A stretch of DNA of 63,531 nt, the filler included, from Octopus bimaculoides (taxonomy: Eukaryota): NCBI RefSeq assembly GCF_001194135.2. It is 4 parts of 4 records of this genome, joined end to end, with 100 filler letters (N's around TTAATTAATTAA, not from the genome) between each part and the next. Parts side by side here need not be neighbours in the genome. Positions count along the whole stretch, not along the records: positions 1 to 31,671 come from NC_068991.1; 3 more parts are not named here. The stretch is one strand, 5' to 3'. Positions 1-14,541 of the stretch are shown here, piece by piece. A program made the translations under genes and the position numbers. Every line of letters begins with the position of its first letter. Positions within the stretch are counted from its first letter, which is position 1. The notes under the pieces were generated by a model. It did no database searches, was not told the DNA's origin, and worked only from the letters and a program-made list of their open reading frames with translations.

Positions 1-269
1 ATCTGTTGTATTCCTCTCGGGAGACTCGCAGAGAAAAGACAATGAGTTGTACAATTTAATTATTACATTTATTATTCAATTACATACAAAGAACGCACTC
101 ACCCAAAGTTCGATGCTAATAAACAAAAGTCATGTCCGCCATATATATCAATGACATTTTACTACCCCAGTCATTCAAAACAACAACAATGAAACAATGA
201 ACTCAGACGAACCACATTGACACACGAGACGTCAGACGAAAATCAAATCTAACAGTCCCTATAACAGGA

Positions 270-2450
270 TCTTTTGGTCTTGTGCTGCAATTAAATATCC
301 TTCAGTCTCTGCTTTGAGTCCTGAGCTTCTCAGCCATTGCTGGGATTTTGCTTTGTCTATTTCTTTTGCGTTTAGTTTAGCCCAGTATTTTCCATGAAGG
401 GGCTTTTCTTGCCATCGTTTTTCATGATCCGTTGCTGTTCTAGTTTTAGTTTGGATTTCATTTGTTTTACAGCTTTTGTTGTTTCTTCTTTTTTCTTCTT
501 CATAGTTGTTTGGTAGTATGACTTCTTGTTTGTATTTGTCAGCTTCCTTAAAGACTGAAAACTGTTTTTGTTTTGTTTGTGTTTTGTGGCTACTTGTATT
601 AGTTTTCTTTGCTTCTGAAGTAGGTATTTTTGTAGTCCTATGGTGGTTATTTTGTAATAGTTTTCTAGCTGTATAAGGTCTCTACCACCTTCTATACGTT
701 GTATATATAACCTTTCTATGTTATATTTTGGGTGGTGCATCCTAGATCCTGTCATTATTTTTCTTGTTTCCCTGTCTATTTTGATTAGTTCATTTAGTGT
801 CCAGCTAAGGATATTGTAGCTGTAACTTATAACTGGGACGGCTAAAGTGTTGATACCTATTATCTTGTTTTTCGCATTGAGCTCTGTTTTCAGTATTAAT
901 CTAACTCGTCTATAGTATTCTTTTTTAAAATTTTCTCTTCCATTTGTGTGTTTTATTTAGTTCATTGATTCCCATCATTGATGTATGTCTGACTTTGGTC
1001 TAATTATTTTATTTCATTTGCTTTATCTAGTGTGCTGTTGCTACTCTTAATTAGGTTTCCTCTTTTCAAGGTTTCTTTGGCACTTTTTTCTAAGCCAGAT
1101 TTCATATTTATTTCTTTGGTAAATCCATGTACTGTCTGTAGCAATGTTTCCAGCTGTTTATCATTTATAGCGTACAGTTTTAGGTGATCCATATATAAGA
1201 GGTGGCTGATTGTTTTGCCGTAACAGTTGTATCCGCATCCAGTTCTGTTTAGCATGTCAGATAAAGGTGTCAGTACCAAGCAGAAAAGGAGTGGAGAGAG
1301 CGTGTCTCCCTGGAATATTCCTCTTCTAATGGGGATGGCTTTGGTTTTTTTGCACTTTTTTGCACTTCCGGTAAGATGTTATTCTGGCCCTTGGACGCAC
1401 AATGTATCTGCCAGTATTTCGCTTAACAGCTTCTACATGATGAGCATACGGGATATTGGCCTGAAGTTGTGAACAGCATCCCCACCACTACTTCTTTCTG
1501 ACGCAATACTGTTCTGGTCAACCAGCCTGGGAATTATGTGTGATCATCAAGTGATGTACTTAATTGTTTCGCTATTCTTGCATAGCATTCTGTAAATTTC
1601 TTCACCCAATAACCTTGAATTCCGTCTAAGCCTACCATTTTTCGGTTGCTTATCTTTCAACTTACCCGTTAAACATCCTCTTTGCTTATCTTAATGTCAT
1701 CTTGCTGAGGATTTACATTATTTGTTTTTTCCTGTTGCGTAGCCACACTGCATTAGGATTGTATGTTCCTTTTTTCCCCATATCTTGTTCTAGAGTCTTT
1801 AGCCTTCTTCCACATTTGACTTACCTGTGTTTTTGTCTATTTCTCCATTTACTTCCCGATAAAATCTTTTTCAGTCAACTTTGAAAAGTCTGTTTTGTCT
1901 GTACTGTTAGATTTTTCTGAGTTCAAATTCTGACGATGTTAACTTTGCCTTCCATCCTTTCGGGCTTGATAAAAGAAGTAACAGTTGAGCACTGGGGTAG
2001 ATTTACTCGATTTAGCCCCTCCCCCAAATTGTTGGCCTTGTGCCAAAATTTGAAACCAGTGTTACGTTCTTCTGCATTGTCCTCGTCTTCGTATATTCTT
2101 CTCTGGATTATTTTCCGTTCTAAATCTGTTAACCTTCCTTTCCTTCTTTCCATTCTGCGCTGGTCGCATAATCGTTGCTCTGTTGTTTCAAATATTCCTC
2201 GTTGTTGTCATTCTCCGTACATCCTTTTTCTATATCCTCTTATTGGCATTCCAGTTTCATCTAAAGTTTTGCTATATAATAGCATTCCGTAACAATTACA
2301 TTTATTTTTTTGTTCTTTTTCTTCAATTCTTGAATGCCAGCAGTCACAGCCCATCCTGCTTCTCAGTAAAACACCTTCATCATTAGTTCCAATTCCATTT
2401 ATGCCATTATCTATTATATTGCTTCTCCGACATTTCACTCACACATGTTG
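270..2450 (-). mobile_element. Degenerate Dong/R4-clade non-LTR retrotransposon (N-terminal region, RT, post-RT; internally deleted, 3' end missing)
   Basis: Minus-strand translations give RRGIFQGDTLSPLLFCLVLTPLS, ISHLLYMD(H)LKLYA, MHHPKYNIERLYIQRIEGGRDLIQLE and IDKAKSQQWLRSSGLKAETEGYLIAAQDQ. These are typical RT and post-RT motifs of R4/Dong elements. Frameshifted. Clearly the same family as 61842-62990. Confidence 0.85.
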
Positions 2451-2899
2451 TTTAGGTAGTGTCTTTTAATGACACCGTCGCTAGATGGATTACCAACCAA
2501 GATTCAGAGAGACTCTACTCACTCTCTTTACGGGGAAGTTAAATTACACCAGATCTCACACAAGTATTTCTGATTCTGTGCTTCATTTGATTTACAAAGT
2601 TGTCCTACTAGGTTGCCTGCTATCTACTGCTCACGAGCACAACCTACCCTAATATATTTTTCGAGGTTTACACCACTAGAACTGTGTTATTATTGATGAA
2701 TCTCATGTTGAACAGGCAACCTTTTTCTCACTTCGAGATAGAAGCACTACAAAAGGCTATACTAAAAGGCCTAAGTAACTGCACGGAACGCCTTTTGCAT
2801 TGTTCCCTTTCTGGCAGAACATGAAGTTTATGCCTCCTACGATCGACTCAGACCATGTGACGTGGTGGCTGTTTATTTTCAGAAAGGCTTAAATTTAGT

Positions 2900-4560
2900 A
2901 CTAAGTACGATTTTTCCGTAACCTTGATATTAAGACAGTGACCCTGGACAGGAACAGCTGGGAAGGAGACGGTGATACTTTCTTATTATGAGCCGAGCAC
3001 GTCCCAAAACGAGTTGAACGGCTGGATGCTTTTAGAGATCCAAAGATTTTCCTTTGAACACTCACTCATTGGGGTGAGTGAGTGATTCCAATAGCATTTT
3101 GGATGTACGCAATGATTATAGGACTATCGATAGGAAAAGACAATATTAAAGCCTCGCAAATCTGCTTTTCCCAATGCATCAATGGGGTTATGAATCAATC
3201 GCAGCAGTCATTCAGGTGTTACTTAAAGATTTCGTTCGCCGGCATGACAGTGTAAATTGTCCATAGTTTCGAGCAGCTAGCTACATGGCTACATGGCTAA
3301 ATTCGCGATCAGTAAATAGATTTCAGGGACCAGATTAAGGAACCAGTTAAGCGAAACTGAGGCAGCTCATCATTAAAGGTGATAAGTTTCATCTAAGAAA
3401 AAATCAGAAGAGAATTTGTTACCTTTAGCAAAGAAGAAGCGATAGAGAACGACAGAATAGAGAATGATGTAGTAAAATGTTTAATAGAAGAAAAATCATA
3501 TATGACAAAAATTGAAGAAAACTGAAGAGAATCGACCGGGACCATGCCTTTTATACAAAATACGAAGGACGCATTGTTGATGTTAGGGTTTATCCACTGA
3601 AAGACGAGAACGAGAAAATCGCCCGATGAGCCCGAGTGGTCGAGTCCCATCGTGTGGCAATAGAATCAAAATTCAATCTCTGATGGACCGTAGTGAATGC
3701 TTGTTACAAGTCTAATCAGATTGGTGGGATTGCAACTGGATACCCAGAAAGGAAAATCAAGATAGCCATCAATGGCTTCTATCGTTGAATTGAACATGTT
3801 GAGGTGCTTAGGTTTGTGCCGGATTACTAGGTGGGAAAAAACGTGAAGAGGTCACGAGCAGGTGGCCAATCTCACTCAAAAATAGTTCAGAGGAAACTGT
3901 TTCTAAAAGGTTAAGCGTAAGTAGCTAATGCTTACATTACCGCGGTTGTGCAATACCATCTAACTATCCAGGAAGACACGTGACCAAAGTGAAGAGCATA
4001 TACTTTCACTTCTGGCGGAAAGAGGCAGGTTGCACTAGTCAGGCAATCTATCTGATGCTACCAGCAGATGGATATTTAGTAAAGGGTCTTGGAATGCCGT
4101 TGTTAATGATGCTTAGGTGCATGCTGAGACTGAGACGCCTAAAAGATGCGTGGACGACTACAACAACGACGGTGAACAAATGAAAGTGTCTATAGTATGA
4201 CACACCTTTCCGCGACTCGTCGCCTTGATAAGGTTGCAATCTTGGGTCAAACACAAACTACGATTAGATGTTTGGCATCTAGAATATTTTTAATGCACTT
4301 TACCAACTGGATAATGCGATGCGAACAGCTGCAATCACATGTAGGACAGATCTGGTTTCTAGTTGGGTCTATTAGGAAGATCAGCCTGTCGTATTCCTTC
4401 GGTGGCGAGGAGCGGTTACTTATCTTCTGCCTGGAGCTATGTCGAAGAAAGTTGCTTTCTAGAAGTGATTAAAAAGGTTAAAGACAGAGCTGCTTTTATT
4501 CTCTGATTGAACATTTATCAACTTTTTCAGGTATCACTTGATATAGGCGCTGACCTCCAA
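2900..4560 (+). mobile_element. Highly degenerate L1/Tx1-like LINE fragment (C-terminal part of ORF2)
   Basis: Broken plus-strand motifs KIKIAINGFYR, VANAYITAVVQYHLTI, TKVKSIYFHFW and GLGMPLLMMLRCMLRLRRL resemble the post-RT region of L1/Tx1 ORF2. Many stops and frameshifts. Confidence 0.5.
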
Positions 4561-4859
4561 TATGTTTTACAAAAGCTACGTGAGAGCAGCAAGACTGACG
4601 AAATGGCTCTACTCTGATCATACAACTGTATAAATAGGAAGCAAAATAACCTAGGTGAAGGTACCTTTGACGGCTTTGATATGGAGAGCAATTAAGGACT
4701 TTCCTTTGGGTTTCCCTCCAATATACCTTAGGTGGATTCCTTTCTATTGAGGACCCCTTTTCACTGAGCTTTATTGTTTTTACTGATTTCACCTTTTAAC
4801 TAGTGCAAAACCCTAATGTGTGGTTGTGTTTCATTCTAATGATGTCCCCAACATCTTGG

Positions 4860-5500
4860 AGCCTTGTCGGACAAAATATCTTGTAGTATTTGTTATAGTT
4901 CAAATCTCACCAATGTCAGCTTTGCCTTTCATCCTTTTGGATCAATAAAATAAGCTATCAATTAAATACTGGGGTAGATTTTATGGACTAATCTTTCCCT
5001 TAAAATTTTGGAACTTGTGTTTATATTGGAAACAATTTTCATATAAGGGTGACGGATTAGCAAAATCGTAGAATGTCAGGGAAAATGCTATGGAACATTT
5101 GTTCTGTCACTTTATTTTTTGGATTCAAATCAAGCTGGGGTCAATTTTGCTTTCTGGAGTTGATAAAATAAAGTACCAGTCCATATAATTCACTATATTC
5201 TGTTCCGACTTGAATTTCGTTCCTTGTGCCTAATTTAGGAGCAATCATAATTAAGTGTGGTTGGTGATGTAACAAAATCGCTACGGTATCAGTAATAAAA
5301 GAAAAAGAAACGAAAAGAAAATACCTTGTGGTGTATCTGTTTGGCTCTTTACATTTTGAGTCCATATCCCAAAGAGTTCAACTTTACCTTTTCAATCTTT
5401 CAGGATCAATAAAATAAAGCAACAGTCAAGTCTTGGGGTCGATATTCCTCTTCGCTCAAAAATTGCAGGCCTTGTACCTAAATTAGAAACAGTTGTTATT
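4860..5500 (+). mobile_element. Cluster of decayed SINE family A fragments
   Basis: Two to three partial matches to the core CTTTGCCTTTCATCCTTTCGGGGTCGATAAAATAAGTACCAGT, seen intact at 34540 and 53335. Confidence 0.7.
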
Positions 5501-8330
5501 ATTATTGTTGTTGTTGTTTTCTTTGCACCTGAATATATGAGTGTATGAGTGTGTATATTTGCGTGTACTTGTGTGTTTCCAAGTGTATATGTGTGTGTTT
5601 ATAATAAATGAGATTGACTGTGAATCTCATCAATTGAGATCTTGTTTATTAAACAACATCAGCAACAACAGTAACAACAACAACAACAGCAAGTACAGCA
5701 GCAACAACAACAACAACATCACCTTCAAAGAAACGACGAGGATGTCAGTATGAAAACATTATGCATTATCAGTGTAGCCTTATCGGTGAAATACAGAACT
5801 ATAAACAACTAATTAAAGGAACAGCTTTCGTTTTCGGACTGTTATCTCCATCTGTTTTATTTTTAAAGTCCTATACTCCAGAGACGAAGCTTCAATAATA
5901 TACAAATTCCTTCGGACTGTCCCTCGGCTTCTCTTTCCATGATTTATGGTATTCCCACAAGTCGAATGGCTTCATGCATTCTGCAAGGCAGTATTAGCGT
6001 AGTGGATAAAGTCGCTTGCTAGCAGATTGAGAGTGTTAGTGAACCGTAGAATAAAAGATAAGATCTTCTCTACTGATTTCATGATCTGATTTCAATTTTT
6101 GGTTGGAACAGTTTCCCACATTTATATCGCTATGTCCCTTGGAGAAGGCAGGACAGCTACAATTTCGATTCTTATATAAAATATGGTGTATTTCTGCTTA
6201 AGAAAGATAGGAGAAGGAGATTTGATTATTAACAGTAAAGTGCCGGCTTAATGTCTTACAATCTTTATAGCTTCAGCGACCAATGTCAAATTTGTGTTGA
6301 GCTGACCGTGGAACAACTTTAGCTGGCAAGAGAAACAACAGATTTGAAAATTTGAAAAGACTGATTCAGAGTATATGGACCAGCAAAGCTCTTCATATTC
6401 ATTACTTGCCATTGAAATGAAAACTTTAAGTTAAGATAATCTGACCAAAAATAATAATAAAACATTCAACTTTCTAATGCTGAAAGTGAAAACTTGGCGA
6501 TAAGTGGTGAAGTCGTGTTTGGTTTGAGTGATTCATTAATCACTCAAAATTGCATTACACACTGTTGATAGACAAGTGTGCGAGTGTCGACAAAGAACCT
6601 GCAGCTGCTTATCCAATGAAAAAAATAAAACATTATTGACGAAGATGAGAACGAATGCCAAAACGAATATACATTTCTGAAGGAGAAAAATTACACACGT
6701 TGCAAGGCTATCAAAATCGTCTGACTCTCCTACTTAGTGGTAATGCTTCACTTCAAGCTACTGGTTGGTTATCATTCTAAGACACCAAAATCTAAGAAAG
6801 GCTACACTAAATCATATCTTTCTGTTGCATGGCGAACAAATAAAAAGGAACAGCTCTGAGGAATGTAGGTTTAGTCATGGTAAAGAAATATCAAATGAGG
6901 ACACAAGAAGATCGAACAGTACTACGCCAAAGAAAATGAAGATGATGAAAGTGGGAACCGCCAAGAAATTTTAAAGTTAAATATATGTAGAAAGCTTTCC
7001 AGTTTTAAAGTAAAGCTTTGACCAATTTTAATGAAAAGAATCGTCGGAGACATAAGTTTAGAAAGAACAGAGCAAAAATGAGTGATACGTGTGATAAGTA
7101 GCGCGGTTGAATTGCAAGAGACGGAAGTCTTCAAAGAATAGTGTGCTGGGGAGGTAAAGTGATGGGTTGGCAGGTGAAAACGGAAGGTAGTTGGTAGTAG
7201 GGAGGATATGGAACAGAACAGAAGCGCTGTCAAAGTATAGTCGCGATGGCGGACTGTTTCAGTGACTATTTGGGCGTTGTCATGATGTAGCAATTAACAG
7301 ACAGTATGGTGTGACTGAGTACCGAACTTGGGGCTTCGGGTAAAAAGGCGGGCAAGTAGCAGGTAGCAGATAAAAGAAAATTAAATTACGAATGGGAGTT
7401 TCTGGGTTTGTAATAGATGGAAAAGACGGAAGACAGAAAAGGAGTGGGTTAGAACCAATANNNNNNNNNNNNNNNNNNNNNNNNNNNNNNNNNNNNNNNN
7501 NNNNNNNNNNNNNNNNNNNNNNNNNNNNNNNNNNNNNNNNNNNNNNNNNNNNNNNNNNNNNNNNNNNNNNNNNNNNNNNNNNNNNNNNNNNNNNNNNNNN
7601 NNNNNNNNNNNNNNNNNNNNNNNNNNNNNNNNNNNNNNNNNNNNNNNNNNNNNNNNNNNNNNNNNNNNNNNNNNNNNNNNNNNNNNNNNNNNNNNNNNNN
7701 NNNNNNNNNNNNNNNNNNNNNNNNNNNNNNNNNNNNNNNNNNNNNNNNNNNNNNNNNNNNNNNNNNNNNNNNNNNNNNNNNNNNNNNNNNNNNNNNNNNN
7801 NNNNNNNNNNNNNNNNNNNNNNNGTGTGTGTGTGTGTGTGTGGCACGCTTTGACCTTCACCTTTAGTGATAATCTGGATATAGTTCTCCCATGAGAATTT
7901 TAAAAATGAAGTATTGAGTGAGGAAAATCATTAACCTGTTGCTACCACATTATTTTATTTTTTACAATACATAATGTTATTAATGATGATAGTTTTTATA
8001 GAATAGAAAAGTATGTAATATGCTATAAATGACGATAGTTTTTATAGAATAGAAAGCGTCAATGACAAGATGATTAGAATTTGTTATTGCACTTTTAATC
8101 CAGAGAAGGGAATGCATTTAATTCACTACACCTACACCAGTACTATTATAAACTCTTTGTTCTTTCACCATTTCTTCTGTTCTCACTATGCAGTTTTAGT
8201 GCGTTCAAAATTGTCACGAGTGCAAGTTGTACATTATTTTATATACCGTGCAAGTACATACACCTTACTTTGCTGCAAAGTGCAATGCGTGCACCCATCT
8301 CTATTTTAAATCTATTTTAAGATTCGTTTA

Positions 8331-8335
8331 ACACA

Positions 8336-8380
<45 letters not shown>

Positions 8381-8395
8381 ACAGACACAGACACA

Positions 8396-8439
<44 letters not shown>
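8331..8439. repeat. (CA)n microsatellite abutting a gap
   Basis: Direct reading. Confidence 0.95.
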
Positions 8440-10019
8440 NNNNNNNNNNNNNNNNNNNNNNNNNNNNNNNNNNNNNNNNNNNNNNNNNNNNNNNNNNNNN
8501 NNNNNNNNNNNNNNNNNNNNNNNNNNNNNNNNNNNNNNNNNNNNNNNNNNNNNNNNNNNNNNNNNNNNNNNNNNNNNNNNNNNNNNNNNNNNNNNNNNNN
8601 NNNNNNNNNNNNNNNNNNNNNNNNNNNNNNNNNNNNNNNNNNNNNNNNNNNNNNNNNNNNNNNNNNNNNNNNNNNNNNNNNNNNNNNNNNNNNNNNNNNN
8701 NNNNNNNNNNNNNNNNNNNNNNNNNNNNNNNNNNNNNNNNNNNNNNNNNNNNNNNNNNNNNNNNNNNNNNNNNNNNNNNNNNNNNNNNNNNNNNNNNNNN
8801 NNNNNNNNNNNNNNNNNNNNNNNNNNNNNNNNNNNNNNNNNNNNNNNNNNNNNNNNNNNNNNNNNNNNNNNNNNNNNNNNNNNNNNNNNNGGATGATAAA
8901 ATAAGGGATAAAGCGTTGCTAACATCAAAAAACCGCCCTTGTCAGCCAATTTAATGTCAGTGAAGTGCATTGATGTTAAGTAGTCCTAAACACATCTGGA
9001 AATCGAAACAATCTTCAGCATCGTGGCATCATCACCAGCCTCTCGGTTGCACTGCTTGCACGGATTTCCCCGACTCTCTGTCGCTACCCCGCCCACTATT
9101 CCTGAAAGGATCGTGGGGACAGAGTCTTCAGGCTTGAGTAATAGTGAATCTTTCATTAGCTGATTACACAACCATGGACGCCACCCAAATTCCTCCACTC
9201 AGCATCAATGTAAGAAGCACTGTTGGCTCAGTTGAGCTCTTCTGCTTCCTCTTCACAATCCGCCATGCTGTAATCTCATGACTTCACCGTACCCCTGGCA
9301 AGTTGACCTTGTCAAAGGGCAGCTTGTAACTATGCTGAGCACGATCATCACTTCGTGAGGGATTTTCAGACTGGTGAAGATATCCAGCGTCTTGAACATT
9401 GCCTGACTGAGTGCCTAATTGGACGTATGTCGGCCGAGATTGGAGGAACAATCAAAGTCACCGGACCTGGCTGTTCGTGCAGTTTGTGCGACTCGCCAAG
9501 CTGCGTACATGTATCCACGGTACGCAGTTTGGCGCGTCGCATAAACTACTTGGTGTTGGTATGTGTCTGGAAATCAACAACAGATTGAATGAGGTGTATG
9601 AAGTAAAGAATCCTACCAAAGCTCAAATGCTTTGAATCAGAGATTGGTATATCATTAAGGTAGCGTAACATCATCGTGTGAGAAGTGTCGGGATCAGTGG
9701 ATCAGTGACTATAGTCACGGATTACCCTTCTGTCTAGATTATCCTTTTGTGACTATCCTATTCTTACAGGCTTCATTCTCTCCTATATATGGTTGTTGTA
9801 CTGCGGCTCTTACTGTGATCATTGTGTTAATATCGGAGTTATGCTGCTATCATATTTACCATGTCTTTTTTTTTTCTTTTTCTTTTTTTTTTTTGTGATC
9901 ATTGTGTTCTTATTGTCGCTATGCTCTCTTTTCTCTGGCTATGTCACTCTGTAAACGATTTGAAACACGAGTCGATGTCGTCTTTATTGCCGTTTGTGTT
10001 TTTCTCGTTAAGACGATGA

Positions 10020-11360
10020 TGTCGACAACGACGACGGTGATGGTGGTGGTGGTGGTGGTGNNNNNNNNNNNNNNNNNNNNNNNNNNNNNNNNNNNNNNNN
10101 NNNNNNNNNNNNNNNNNNNNNNNNNNNNNNNNNNNNNNNNNNNNNNNNNNNNNNNNNNNNNNNNNNNNNNNTGTCGTTGTTGTTGCTGTTGCTTTTATTC
10201 CTTCCTACGTTACTATCACTTTGCCGATGCTGCTATTGCTGGTGCTTCTGTTGATGACAATGACGACGATGGTACAGTTCTTGCTCCCGTTTATGCAATC
10301 ACAATAGTGCCGAGGTTGTCGTTGTTGTTGCTGTTGCTTTTATTCCTTCCTACGTTACTATCACTTTGCCGATGCTGCTATTGCTGGTGCTTCTGTTGAT
10401 GACAATGACGACGACGACGACGACGACGACGATGCTACCACCACCTCTGCAACAGCCGCATGCGATTCTGATACTGTTGCTGCTGCTGCTGCTGATGTTG
10501 CTATGTTCAGGTACCGAAATCCCGTGTAGCCACTCAACAAGTCTTATTCACCAAATCCTGCAGTACTACAAACCAACACAGCCGCCCTGAAACCGTTGCC
10601 AACAGCAACTTGCAAGGAGTTACTGAAACTTGATATCACGTCTTCACAGAAACAGATGCAGCACCCAACATGTAACTAGTTGTTGCTGAATTGGGAGTGT
10701 GGTAGTAGTAGTGGTAGTAGTAGCGGTGGTGGTGGTGGAGGAGGAGGAGGAGGAGACGGCAGTAGTAGCGATGATGATGGTGCTGATGATGCTTGTTATT
10801 GTTGTTCTTCCTGCTACTATTGTTGTTGTTGTTGTTAGTAGTAGTGGTGGTGATGGTGGTGATAGTAGTGGTTTTGAGGTTTGTGGTGGTGGTCATTTTA
10901 TTCGTGGTGATGATTGTGATCACGTTGTTGATTGCGTAAGTGGTGGAGTTAGCAACGGTGGTATTAGTAGTACTGGTGTTAGTAGTGGTGTTGGGGTTGT
11001 TGTTTATATTAGTTGTGGCGCTCGTGTTAGTGCTAGTGGTGTTGGCGTTAGGGATGCTGCTGGTGTTCGTGGTAGTGCTGTTGTAGTGCTGTTGGTGTTG
11101 GTGTTGGCGTTTGTGTTATTGGTGGTGATTGTGGTGTTAGTGGTGGTAGTGGTGCGTTAGCGACGGTGGTAGTCGTGTTGACTTTAGTGTTGCTGGTAGT
11201 GTTTGTAACAGTTGTTGTTGTGGTTGTGGTGGTGTTGGTGTTAGTGTTCGTAGTGGTGCTAGCGGTGATGTTGGAGATAGTGTTAGTGGAGTGTTAGAGT
11301 TAGTGGTGGTGTTGATGGTGGTGTTAGTGACTGTGGCGGTGGTATTGGCGGTGGAAATGA
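10020..11360. repeat. Low-complexity GGT/GTT/GAT/GCT trinucleotide field, including a ~100-bp local duplication (10172-10270 vs 10316-10415)
   Basis: Direct reading. TGTCGTTGTTGTTGCTGTTGCTTTTATTCCTTCCTACGTTACTATCACTTTGCCGATG occurs twice. Confidence 0.85.
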
Positions 11361-12982
11361 CGATAGAAATGTTGTTGTTCTTTTAGCCCTGGGTCAAGCC
11401 CAAAAGAACAGACATGTGAACAAAGTACTCTGGACATGACCATCCCATCTAATTTCCAGACAATCAACATTATTAATCAGTTGTGTCCTTGTTTTTTTTG
11501 GGTTTTTTTCTAAACTGAAGTGTGTATTTCAGGGGAATTCTGTATTTTTCTATCAGATCGAGCGATCTTTAAATGGATTGATCGTTGACTAATTCATATT
11601 AGTTTCATTTTGTTATAGTTGTTGTTGTGGTTGTTGTAGTTTAGTCACATGTCAACTCTGACTAATGACCAAAGACAGTTCAGTCGTTTCTATTACATCT
11701 TTCTAAGTGTAGCTTTAACAATTTTTTCTAGTGGATTCTTTCCTTCGGATGGCGTGATGCTTTTTAAAGGAAAACTAGCTGCTATTTCTAGCAAGTCGAA
11801 CGACCACGGTGATACGTTTTTGCTTCAGGATTATTGTTGTTGTTAGTGGTGTGTTGTTGCTGTTGTTGTGGCTGCTGCTGTTGCTGTTGGGACTGGTGAC
11901 TGTGATAGTGTTAGTAGTGGCATCGACAGCTCTGTTAAGACGCACAACAAGGTGATGCATGCAATAACACTCCGGGAAAAGGGTGAGACTAAATGTAGCT
12001 AAGGCTGAAGAGAAACTAGCTTAATATTTATGCATGGATATATGCATGTGCATGTGTGTATAAATACATATATGTATTTATGTGTATGTGTGTGTGTGTG
12101 TGTGAATATGCATGCGTAGTGACAAACGAGAGAAAGAGTACTCAATAGCATGTAGGGTGTTAATATATGTACGTATACACACACACATACACACACACAT
12201 GTATATATATATATATATNNNNNNNNNNNNNNNNNNNNNNNNNNNNNNNNNNNNNNNNNNNNNNNNNNNNNNNNNNNNNNNNNNNNNNNNNNNNNNNNNN
12301 NNNNNNNNNNNNNNNNNNNNNNNNNNNNNNNNNNNNNNNNNNNNNNNNNNNNNNNNNNNNNNNNNNNNNNNNNNNNNNNNNNNNNNNNNNNNNNNNNNNN
12401 NNNNNNNNNNNNNNNNNNNNNNNNNNNNNNNNNNNNNNNNNNNNNNNNNNNNNNNNNNNNNNNNNNNNNNNNNNNNNNNNNNNNNNNNNNNNNNNNNNNN
12501 NNNNNNNNNNNNNNNNNNNNNNNNNNNNNNNNNNNNNNNNNNNNNNNNNNNNNNNNNNNNNNNNNNNNNNNNNNNNNNNNNNNNNNNNNNNNNNNNNNNN
12601 NNNNNNNNNNNNNNNNNNNNNNNNNNNNNNNNNNNNNNNNNNNNNNNNNNNNNNNNNNNNNNNNNNNNNNNNNNNNNNNNNNNNNNNNNNNNNNNNNNNN
12701 NNNNNNNNNNNNNNNNNNNNNNNNNNNNNNNNNNNNNNNNNNNNNNNNNNNNNNNNNNNNNNNNNNNNNNNNNNNNNNNNNNNNNNNNNNNNNNNNNNNN
12801 NNNNNNNNNNNNNNNNNNNNNNNNNNNNNNNNNNNNNNNNNNNNNNNNNNNNNNNNNNNNNNNNNNNNNNNNNNNNNNNNNNNNNNNNNNNNNNNNNNNN
12901 NNNNNNNNNNNNNNNNNNNNNNNNNNNNNNNNNNNNNNNNNNNNNNNNNTGTGACAAAATTTGAAACCATTATTTACAGAAC

Positions 12983-13015
<33 letters not shown>

Positions 13016-13019
13016 GATA

Positions 13020-13064
<45 letters not shown>

Positions 13065-13066
<2 letters not shown>

Positions 13067-13222
13067 CAGAGTTCTTACAGCTTCTGTCTACCAGATTTAC
13101 TCACAAGTGTTTGGTCGGCCTTGGGGCTATAATAGAAGACACTTCCCTAAAGTGGTATGCAATGGAACTGCACCCGGAACCATGTTGTTGGGAAGCAAAC
13201 TTCCCACCACACAACCACGTTT
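13065..13222 (-). mobile_element. 5' half of tRNA/CORE-like SINE family B
   Basis: Reverse complement matches the family B head (GTGGTAAG...CCAACCACATGGTTCCGGGTTCAGTCC...GTGTCTTCT...TTGTGAGT...TGGTAGAC), also seen at 44308, 51990 and 55970. Confidence 0.75.
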
Positions 13223-14477
13223 GTATTCATATAATAAACACATAAAACACAAATATACACACATACATGCAGTCGTACATACATACATACATACATATTA
13301 ATTAATTAATCGCAGAGAACGTTGTTGCTTGAAATATTATATATATTAAATAAACTTGTTCGTAATCGTGTATAAACGGAAATAAGAAAAGTAGATAGGA
13401 GGAAACATGGTGAAAGAGGAAGTGAGATAATTATCGTTAAGTAGAAAGAGAGGAGGAGAAAGAAAAAATGAGGGAAGGAGGGAGGGGTAACATTTAATAG
13501 AGAGAGGGAATGTGGAGCAGGACTGACAGAAAAACAAATAGGAAGACAAAGAGACAGAGACCAAACACAATCAAATAGAAAGCCATGCAAACAGACAGAA
13601 CAGCAGGGCTTTACCATATTTTTATTTAGTTTAAAGAAAGCTGCCCTGGAGTATTTTCTGTCCGTCATATTGTTGATATTTCATAACGAATGTCACAATG
13701 TCACAACATATCTTCTTTATATATTTATATANNNNNNNNNNNNNNNNNNNNNNNNNNNNNNNNNNNNNNNNNNNNNNNNNNNNNNNNNNNNNNNNNNNNN
13801 NNNNNNNNNNNNNNNNNNNNNNNNNNNNNNNNNNNNNNNNNNNNNNNNNNNNNNNNNNNNNNNNNNNNNNNNNNNNNNNNNNNNNNNNNNNNNNNNNNNN
13901 NNNNNNNNNNNNNNNNNNNNNNNNNNNNNNNNNNNNNNNNNNNNNNNNNNNNNNNNNNNNNNNNNNNNNNNNNNNNNNNNNNNNNNNNNNNNNNNNNNNN
14001 NNNNNNNNNNNNNNNNNNNNNNNNNNNNNNNNNNNNNNNNNNNNNNNNNNNNNNNNNNNNNNNNNNNNNNNNNNNNNNNNNNNNNNNNNNNNNNNNNNNN
14101 NNNNNNNNNNNNNNNNNNNNNNNNNNNNNNNNNNNNNNNNNNNNNNNNNNNNNNNNNNNNNNNNNNNNNNNNNNNNNNNNNNNNNNNNNNNNNNNNNNNN
14201 NNNNNNNNNNNNNNNNNNNNNNNNNNNNNNNNNNNNNNNNNNNNNNNNNNNNNNNNNNNNNNNNNNNNNNNNNNNNNNNNNNNNNNNNNNNNNNNNNNNN
14301 NNNNNNNNNNNNNNNNNNNNNNNNNNNNNNNNNNNNNNNNNNNNNNNNNNNNNNNNNNNNNNNNNNNNNNNNNNNNNNNNNNNNNNNNNNNNNNNNNNNN
14401 NNNNNNNNNNNNNNNNNNNNNNNNNNNNNNNNNNNNNNNNNNNNNNNNNNNNNNNNNNNNNNNNNNNNNNNNNNNNN

Positions 14478-14541
<64 letters not shown>

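Noticed and set aside
6900-7460. Possible Penelope or other RT remnant on the minus strand
   Set aside because: There are only vague motif echoes across several frames, too degenerate to call without a profile search.
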